From a bacterium (lineage in GTDB: Bacteria > UBP6 > UBA1177): a DNA stretch of 64,000 bases. The position numbers were made by a program, and so were the translations under genes. Shown one piece after another: positions 58,401 to 64,000 of the stretch. The notes under the pieces are model-generated. The model ran no database searches. It worked only from the letters and a program-made list of their open reading frames with translations, and had not been told where the DNA came from. Location of the stretch: the NCBI GenBank assembly GCA_017963125.1, contig JAGCUA010000030.1, positions 21,513 to 85,512 of the forward strand, given 5' to 3'. Position 1 is the first letter of the stretch, and every line of letters starts with the position of its first letter.

Positions 58401-58736
58401 TGCGGCTGCAACGAGCCTTATTTCTGGAATGTGAACAGCCGCAAATGCACAAGGAACTGCGCTGAAGACATTTGTATCGATGAAACAAACAGCGACGGAA
58501 TGTGCTATAACGATGAGACCGAGGGTTATGTCTGCGGTTGCATCGACGGATATGCCTGGGTGCCGGGATCTTCATGCAGGGTTGACAACTGCACTCCGAA
58601 TCCGTGCGAAAATCTTGAAAATTCCGACGGGACGTGCACGGTCACATACTCTTCTTATAGATGCGGATGCAATGAAGATTACACATGGAATTCTTTAGAA
58701 CTAGCCTGCGTGGATGCGGACGGCTGGGTAGAATAA
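55434..58736 (+). CDS. EGF-like repeat / DUF1566 (Lcl C-terminal-like) lipoprotein, four DUF1566-like domains
   Basis: LAVSC lipobox; acidic linker; WRLPN.KE-type motif four times; many C.C..GY.W..C EGF-like units; ATG 55434. Confidence 0.85.
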   Translation: MKKLLLLLITLIFLAVSCSSSKKAENDADILPDEDEINDEDAVEPDEDEEADDEKENDEDEEEIDDGNPCNLIENSDGKYTGVSNEEFKCGCNEGYFWANPGCKKTTYANICTGQEYCCDNSGVIDCPKPGEDYYGQDPQYAALGYCTNSSFKIDKSVKNEETVKDENLKIEWMRTSTESTYTWEEAVEYCEDLEYGGHDDWRLPNPKEMLFSTLSPKMLDTDRNFWSGTPKHSDSTSAWVLYNNGEDITVRTWSKTSSLYVRCVREEAPSEPVFKVFEIAGDKIVRDMDSGLAWIEKPVKASSWKDSLAYCENLDYAGFSDWRIPNIHELISITDHRKSNPATAFPDADSSFAKDMISSTTYRYTWGDFSKSFKNISFDTGRNDRALKQEDTGFYYYALCVRNEPCREHYWWNGEKCLKDPCKNEPCRNAEHSNKMCNNINFNDYSCECDENYFWDGQKCVSPCESNPCENDKNSDKVCTAHDTEQYSCGCADSFYWNGEKCTSPCESNPCIEDKHSNGSCIVSAIDMYECGCIDGYLWNGVKCVDPCAGINCGDFEHAAGTCKPDNAVIFRCDCEEGYYWWGNKKQCLAKKPASANVCTGQNKCYDNKKEIPCPAENENFFGQDANYARLGYCIPQSFSIDNSVENEPVVVDNNTGNIWQRNIPPLETLYSEDVSKYCEDLNYGGYDDWTLPSVEDFMTIADYGRYNPAIKTEYFPDYKNFWTSSGSSSGSGGGIDNHGYYSVYGYTAIFDFTEPSTSYVQTYYYDNYSTGVDTYYAYAFNIRCLRRNSVTIPPRYFTSKTFGSSVTWNNYNDLIFAEKTGNELSWSEAMKYCSELDYAGISDWRLPNVKELFFNSKRGFHSSTTALSDINYDYSSKTEGYVVYQHSKESRLTGTFCVANDPCENGLFWNGEKCAKNPCVKDPCKYDTNSDRICTVLDEENYSCNCNKNYKWSPEKLQCVRTCQDNPCSSYSNSDKQCYDDDVEGFYCGCNEPYFWNVNSRKCTRNCAEDICIDETNSDGMCYNDETEGYVCGCIDGYAWVPGSSCRVDNCTPNPCENLENSDGTCTVTYSSYRCGCNEDYTWNSLELACVDADGWVE

Positions 58737-58746
58737 GAGGTATAAC

Positions 58747-58794
58747 ATGAAAAAACTCCTTTTTCTTACTGCTCATTTATTGAAAAACCGTTAA
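58747..58794 (+). pseudogene. Truncated 5' remnant of a lipoprotein paralog (MKKLLFLTAHLLKNR*)
   Basis: GAGG RBS; first 15 nt ATGAAAAAACTCCTT are identical to the start of the 55434 gene; the frame runs into the repeat array and stops. Confidence 0.55.
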
Positions 58795-58871
58795 ATTTTG
58801 TCGAAAAATTCATGGAAAACCGTTAAATTTTTCAAAAATTTTCTTGGAAAACCGTTAATTCCGTGCTATTT
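58781..58871 (+). repeat. Three direct repeats, 32-bp period, upstream of AAA_14/DUF4143 gene 2
   Basis: AAAACCGTTAA core at 58784, 58816 and 58848; followed by TGCTATTT at 58864. Confidence 0.85.
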
Positions 58872-58916
58872 CAACTGTGATTTCAGCTCTTTTTACTTTT
58901 TAGGGAGGACAGGTTC

Positions 58917-60272
58917 ATGTTAGTCAGGAAAATAGAAAAAATTCTGGAGAAATTTTTCGATAAAAAAAACAGAAAAGCGCTGCTTGTTACAGGGGCGCGT
59001 CAGGTCGGAAAAACTTACACGATCGAACATTTTGCAAAAGAACATTTCAAACACTACGTGAAAATAAACTTTATCGAAAACAAAGAGGCTGTTTCGATTT
59101 TCGAGAATGTTTCCGATGCTAAAGAGCTGCTTCTGCGCATTTCGGTCTTTGCCGGGAAGGATCTCGTTCCGAACGAAACAGTTGTGTTTTTTGACGAAGT
59201 TCAGGAGTGCCGTGAAATTGCGACAGCGGTGAAATTTCTCGTCGAAGAAGGAAGTTTCCGCTACATTCTGAGCGGCTCGCTTCTCGGTGTTGATCTCAAG
59301 GATATCCGCTCGGTTCCTGTCGGATATATGGACATAATTGAGATGTATCCGCTCGATTTTGAGGAGTTTTTGACAGCGAACGGTGTTTCAAAAAGGGTTT
59401 TTGATGCTCTGCGCGATGCATTCGAAAACAAAACACCTGTTGATCCGGTGGTTCACCGCAAACTTATGGAGTTCTTCCGGCTTTATCTCGTTGTCGGCGG
59501 GATGCCTGCTGTCGTGCAGAAGTATCTCGACACAAACAACATTGCGGAAGTTGTTGACGAGCAGAAAAGTATCGTCACGCTCTATAAAAAGGACATTGCA
59601 AAATACGACCCGGCAAACAAGCTTTATCTTGAAGATATTTTTGAACTTATTCCGAGCGAACTGAATGCGAAAAACAAGCGGTTTTTATTGAAAAGCCTTA
59701 ATGAAAACCAGCGTTTTTCAAGATTCGCAAACAGTTTCCTCTGGCTTAAGGATGCGGGTGTCGCGCTTCCTGTTTTTTGTGTCAGCGAGCCGAAAACACC
59801 GCTTCTTCTTGCAAAAACCACAAATCTCTTCAAACTTTTTCTGGCTGACACCGGGCTTCTCGCGAGTATGTATATGAACGGCATTCAGCGGAAAATCCTT
59901 GCCAACGAGCTCGATATCAATTTTGGCTCGGTATATGAAAACGTCGCGGCGCAGGAACTCAAAGCTCACGGTTTCGATCTCTATTATTTCAACAGCAAAA
60001 AGCAGGGAGAACTTGATTTTGTAATCGAACAGAACGGTGAAATCGTGCCGGTAGAGATAAAATCGGGCAAAGACTACGCAAAACACGCCGCCCTCAGCAA
60101 TGTGTGCAAAAATCCTGATTACGGAATCAGAAACGCCTTTGTTTTCTACAACGGCAATGTGGAGCAGAACGGAAAAATAACATATTATCCCGTTTACATG
60201 CTGATGTTTGTCAAAAATGCAGAAATCGACAAAAACTTCGTTTACAAAATCGATTCGGATGTTTTGAAGTAA
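58917..60272 (+). CDS. AAA_14 ATPase with DUF4143 (PD-(D/E)XK-like) C-terminal domain
   Basis: GARQVGKT, FFDEVQ, VGGMP, LADTGL, YENV, ELDFV, PVEIKS. Confidence 0.9.
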   Translation: MLVRKIEKILEKFFDKKNRKALLVTGARQVGKTYTIEHFAKEHFKHYVKINFIENKEAVSIFENVSDAKELLLRISVFAGKDLVPNETVVFFDEVQECREIATAVKFLVEEGSFRYILSGSLLGVDLKDIRSVPVGYMDIIEMYPLDFEEFLTANGVSKRVFDALRDAFENKTPVDPVVHRKLMEFFRLYLVVGGMPAVVQKYLDTNNIAEVVDEQKSIVTLYKKDIAKYDPANKLYLEDIFELIPSELNAKNKRFLLKSLNENQRFSRFANSFLWLKDAGVALPVFCVSEPKTPLLLAKTTNLFKLFLADTGLLASMYMNGIQRKILANELDINFGSVYENVAAQELKAHGFDLYYFNSKKQGELDFVIEQNGEIVPVEIKSGKDYAKHAALSNVCKNPDYGIRNAFVFYNGNVEQNGKITYYPVYMLMFVKNAEIDKNFVYKIDSDVLK

Positions 60273-60286
60273 AAAACTATCCTTTT

Positions 60287-60423
60287 TTTTCAAAATTCCT
60301 AAAATATAACGTTTTTTATTTGTCTCTGCCGGAGGTTTCAGTGAAAAAACTCCTTCTTTTGCTTATCACTCTGATATTTTTCGCTGTTTCGTGCAGCAGC
60401 TCGAAAAAAGCGGAAAATGATGA
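60287..60423 (+). repeat. Duplicate of the promoter and signal-peptide region at 55380-55514
   Basis: 37-bp identical block ttttcaaaattcctaaaatataacgttttttatttgt (55380-55416 = 60287-60323), plus a near-identical signal peptide coding sequence. Confidence 0.85.
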
Positions 60424-61783
60424 CAATGCTGTTCTGCTGGATGAGGATGCTGTCGATGTTGACGAAGACAATGAAGACGGTATTGCTGATGACGATGAGA
60501 TTGAAGATATCGATCCATGTGAACCAAATCCATGCGAAAATCTTGCAAACAGTGACGGAATATGCAGCAGAAAAGAGAATAGCGGCTTTGAGTGCGGCTG
60601 TGCCAAAGGTTATTTCTGGGGGCATTCAGGATGTAAAAAAATAATCCTGCCGCATATCTGCACCGGTCAGACTAAATGCTACGACATGGAAAAAGAGATC
60701 GAATGTCCGGCAAAAGGAGAGGAGTTTTACGGTCAGGATGCGCACTATGCCGCACTCGGATACTGTCTTCCGCAGAGTTTCACGATCAGGGTTTCAGATA
60801 AAGGCGAAAAAACAGTCGTTGACAACAACACCGGGCTTGAGTGGCAGCAGGAATTCAAGCCTGCCGCAATGATTTCGATGGACGAGGCCTACTACTACTG
60901 TGAATATCTGAATTACGGAGGTCATCAAGACTGGAGAATTCCGACCTTAACAGAACTTTCGACGATCCTGCACTACGACAACAGCCCGACAATAGACCTG
61001 GAATACTTTCCTGATACGTCGCCTGATAAGTTCTGGACATCATCAGATTTCACCTCAAGCTATCAGGTGCGCTACCAAAGCATCATAGATTTTGAAAAAG
61101 CCGACAAATCCTCAGTGTGGCAATCCGATTTTGTTGAACCTCCATATCCTGTTGCGACATCAGTCCGATGTGTGCGAGGTGAAACTTTCGAAACTGAAAT
61201 CAAAGCAAACTTCATGATTGAGTTAGAGGAAGAGAGTTTTCAAGGAAATCCTACTACAAATCTGATCTGGAAACAGGTTATCGGTAATTTTGACAATTCG
61301 TTTTCGTGGGCTGCCCGCCTGAAATACTGCGAAGATCTCGATTTTATCGGGATTTCGGAGTGGAGACTTGCGAATGTCCGCGAGCTTGAGACAATAACCG
61401 CCGACGAAGTACATTTCTATTCCGGTTCTTCTTCAACAACGTACGCATGGAGTCCCGAGGAACATTTCGGGGTAACTTCATATAAAGACGACCGTTATCT
61501 TAATTATGTCTGCATAACGGAAAATCCGTGCGCCGAGGACAAAATCTGGAACGGTGAAAAATGCGTTGAAAACCTGTGCCTGCCGAATCCGTGCGAAGAG
61601 TCGGAATCTTCGACAGACACGTGTATTTTCAATTTAAACGGAAAACGCAGTTGCTATTGTAACTACGGATACTCATGGGACAGCGCATCAAAAAGATGTG
61701 TTAAGGATGAAATACCGGATGAAACTTCTGACGCAGATACGGCAGAAACTCCTGATTCCGACAATTCAGAAAATGGAGAATAA
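60341..61783 (+). CDS. EGF-like / DUF1566 lipoprotein, two DUF1566-like domains
   Basis: GTG start after GGAGG; FAVSC lipobox; CTGQ.KCYD, FYGQDA, DNNTGLEWQ, WRIPT, WRLAN. Confidence 0.85.
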   Translation: MKKLLLLLITLIFFAVSCSSSKKAENDDNAVLLDEDAVDVDEDNEDGIADDDEIEDIDPCEPNPCENLANSDGICSRKENSGFECGCAKGYFWGHSGCKKIILPHICTGQTKCYDMEKEIECPAKGEEFYGQDAHYAALGYCLPQSFTIRVSDKGEKTVVDNNTGLEWQQEFKPAAMISMDEAYYYCEYLNYGGHQDWRIPTLTELSTILHYDNSPTIDLEYFPDTSPDKFWTSSDFTSSYQVRYQSIIDFEKADKSSVWQSDFVEPPYPVATSVRCVRGETFETEIKANFMIELEEESFQGNPTTNLIWKQVIGNFDNSFSWAARLKYCEDLDFIGISEWRLANVRELETITADEVHFYSGSSSTTYAWSPEEHFGVTSYKDDRYLNYVCITENPCAEDKIWNGEKCVENLCLPNPCEESESSTDTCIFNLNGKRSCYCNYGYSWDSASKRCVKDEIPDETSDADTAETPDSDNSENGE

Positions 61784-61784
61784 T

Positions 61785-64000
61785 ATGAAAAGACTCATTA
61801 TTTTCCTGATTTTATTAGCATTTTCAGTTGTTTCTTGCGGCAGCTCCAAAAAAGCGGAAAACGATGCGGATATTCTGCCGGATGAGGATGCGGCTGATAC
61901 TGACATAACAGATGATGACGAGGAAGAATCTGAAGAAAGCGATGACGACAACGCGCCGGATAATGACAAAATTGCCGGAACAACTTCCTGCGATCCTAAT
62001 CCGTGCGAAAATTTCGCCAATGTTGACGGAACATGCAAAGTCAAAAATGACGACACTTTTGAATGCGGTTGCGTTGAAGGCTACTTCTGGGGACACCTGG
62101 GCTGCAAAAAAATAACTTTCGCAAACATCTGCACAGGACAGGAAGACTGCTATGACATTTACTCAAGCAGCCCGGAACAGAAATGCCCGGCCGAATACAG
62201 TGTCTGGTACGGTCAGGATGCACGTTACGCTGAAATGGGATATTGCATGAAAAAAGATTTTAAGGTCAGCTATCCTGTCAAAGATGAAGTGACACACAAA
62301 AACGACAGGTTGCACTTGGAATGGTCCCAGCCCGACAAGAGTTTAGTTACCACCTGGGAAGATGCTGTAAAATATTGCGACGATCTGCAGTACGGCGGTT
62401 ACGACGACTGGAGACTCCCTTTGCCGAAAGAACTTCAGGTTATTGTTAAATTTCTCCCGAATCTTTCCTCACAAGAACTCTACTGGTCATCAATGACACT
62501 GCCGGAAAACAAAGATCTTGCCTGGTTTCTAACCGCCAATCTTTATATTTATGCAGTCAGCAAAACGAGAAAATTTAATATCCGCTGCACAAGAGGCGAC
62601 GACTCCCCTTTTTTTGAATCGAAGCCGGAAGAGGAGAGATTCAAAATCATAAATCTGAACGGAAAAGAGGTGATTCTGGATTCTCAAAGCGGAATTATCT
62701 GGCAAAACGAATATTCTAAGGAATACGACTGGACTGACGCCATGGTACATTGCGAACGTTCAGAATATGCAGGATTTTCCGACTGGAGAATGCCGAATCT
62801 CTATGAACTGACTTCACTTATAAACTACAAATACGAACGTCTTGCGGAGTTTCCGCTTACAAAAAAATTAAGTTCGGAGAACAGCACTACTGTCTGGTCA
62901 TCCACAACAAACCCGTTCTCAGGATCTCCTTCAGCTTACGGTATTGATTTTGCAAAAGGGGAGAGCTCGAGTTTTGAGAAACGTTACGTCTACGGCCATG
63001 CACTCTGCATGAGAAACGAGCCGTGCAAGGAAGGCTACTGGTGGAATGGCGAAAAGTGCGTCAAAAACCCGTGCGAAGATGATCCGTGCAAAAACATGGA
63101 ACATTCCGACGGGATATGCGGAACAGAAGATTTCAAAGATTATTACTGCGGCTGCGACGAAAATTATTTCTGGGACGGCAAAGAGTGCGCTAAAAATCCG
63201 TGCGAGCCGAATCCGTGCGGAGATTACAAGCATACGACTGGAGAATGCAGCGCTCCGAACCGTTTCACTTTTATATGCAGCTGTGAAGAAAACCTCTACT
63301 GGTGGGGAAAAGAAAAGGGCTGCATGAAAGAGCGGCCTCATCAGGCAAGGGTCTGCACTGGCCAGACGAAGTGCTACGATGATGAAAAAGAGATTGAGTG
63401 TCCGGCTGAAGGCGAAGAGTTTTACGGCCAGGATGCCCAGTATGCCGCTATGGGATTCTGTGCTCCGCAAAACTTCATTCTTGATACTGTATATGAGGAC
63501 GAACCGGTTGTCATCGACAAAATCACAGGACTTGAGTGGCAGCAGAAAGTAATGCCTGCCGACAACATCTCATGGTATGACGTGCAGAATTACTGTAACA
63601 AACTTGATTACGGCGGCTACCATGACTGGCGGCTTCCGACATTCTACGAATTACAGACTTTAATCAGTTATAACAGCAGCCCGACAATAGACACGAAATA
63701 TTTTCCTGACACACCGCCTGAAAATTTCTGGTCATCGACTATGATTCCGTACGGTTCCTACGATAGCGCATATATCGTGAATTTTGAAAATGCCGATCTC
63801 GGAGAAATGATGCTGAGCGATTTCATAACAGGAGAGACAAGCCGGCTTATGAGCTCGATCCGCTGCGTGCGCGGCGAAATTTTTGAGGAAAACCACGGAA
63901 AAGTCTACGGAGTTTCCTATGAAGACGAGAAACTATACATGAACCATACCACGCATCTGATGTGGAATATCAGAAACCTTATGTACTACAACGGCATAGA
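61785..64000 (+). CDS. 3'-truncated EGF-like / DUF1566 lipoprotein (absent from the ORF track because it runs off the window)
   Basis: ATG 61785 reads MKRLIIFLILLAFSVVSCGSSKKAEND...; motifs WRLPLPKE, WRMPNLYE, WRLPTFYE; EGF-like units. Confidence 0.85.
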   Translation, partial: MKRLIIFLILLAFSVVSCGSSKKAENDADILPDEDAADTDITDDDEEESEESDDDNAPDNDKIAGTTSCDPNPCENFANVDGTCKVKNDDTFECGCVEGYFWGHLGCKKITFANICTGQEDCYDIYSSSPEQKCPAEYSVWYGQDARYAEMGYCMKKDFKVSYPVKDEVTHKNDRLHLEWSQPDKSLVTTWEDAVKYCDDLQYGGYDDWRLPLPKELQVIVKFLPNLSSQELYWSSMTLPENKDLAWFLTANLYIYAVSKTRKFNIRCTRGDDSPFFESKPEEERFKIINLNGKEVILDSQSGIIWQNEYSKEYDWTDAMVHCERSEYAGFSDWRMPNLYELTSLINYKYERLAEFPLTKKLSSENSTTVWSSTTNPFSGSPSAYGIDFAKGESSSFEKRYVYGHALCMRNEPCKEGYWWNGEKCVKNPCEDDPCKNMEHSDGICGTEDFKDYYCGCDENYFWDGKECAKNPCEPNPCGDYKHTTGECSAPNRFTFICSCEENLYWWGKEKGCMKERPHQARVCTGQTKCYDDEKEIECPAEGEEFYGQDAQYAAMGFCAPQNFILDTVYEDEPVVIDKITGLEWQQKVMPADNISWYDVQNYCNKLDYGGYHDWRLPTFYELQTLISYNSSPTIDTKYFPDTPPENFWSSTMIPYGSYDSAYIVNFENADLGEMMLSDFITGETSRLMSSIRCVRGEIFEENHGKVYGVSYEDEKLYMNHTTHLMWNIRNLMYYNGI

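Noticed and set aside
55434-64000. Diversity-generating retroelement acting on the DUF1566 genes or on ORF 1-807
   Set aside because: No reverse transcriptase is present, and I found no template/variable repeat pair with adenine-only mismatches. Paralog differences involve all bases. A trans-acting DGR elsewhere cannot be excluded.
1-64000. tRNA/rRNA/riboswitch genes or alternative genetic code
   Set aside because: None were recognised in the short intergenic regions. Conserved genes are full length under the standard code and use all three stop codons.

Overview
Bacterial chromosomal window (standard genetic code) from a diderm, lipoprotein-rich organism. Several proteins (FHA+DUF4388, HEAT-repeat lipoprotein, EGF/Cys-rich lipoproteins) are of types I associate with deltaproteobacterial/Myxococcota-like lineages; this placement is inference only. 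Housekeeping content: mlaEFD, queA, rpsT, hutI, hutH, aroE, an RsmB-family methyltransferase, an M18 aminopeptidase, radical SAM enzymes, a CoA-activase, and a TetR-RND-TolC efflux operon. Three accessory elements stand out. (1) A tightly coupled ~12-kb minus-strand operon (28464-40493) encodes a minimal type IV secretion-like machine (VirB2-B3-B4-B6-B8-B9-B10-like), an outer-membrane beta-barrel and a 1626-aa Ig/Cys-rich lipoprotein. No VirB11, VirD4, relaxase or integrase is visible in the window. The operon faces a divergent CI/LexA-like regulator whose S24 catalytic Ser appears replaced by Asn. (2) Two AAA_14/DUF4143 ATPase-nuclease genes are each preceded by three direct repeats with an exact 32-bp period but different core sequences, followed by the same TGCTATTT extended -10-like box. 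One of them appears to interrupt a lipoprotein gene. (3) A tandem array of modular EGF-like/DUF1566 lipoproteins runs off the right edge. No rRNA, tRNA, CRISPR array, transposase or reverse transcriptase was recognised. All family calls come from motif recognition by eye, not from database searches.
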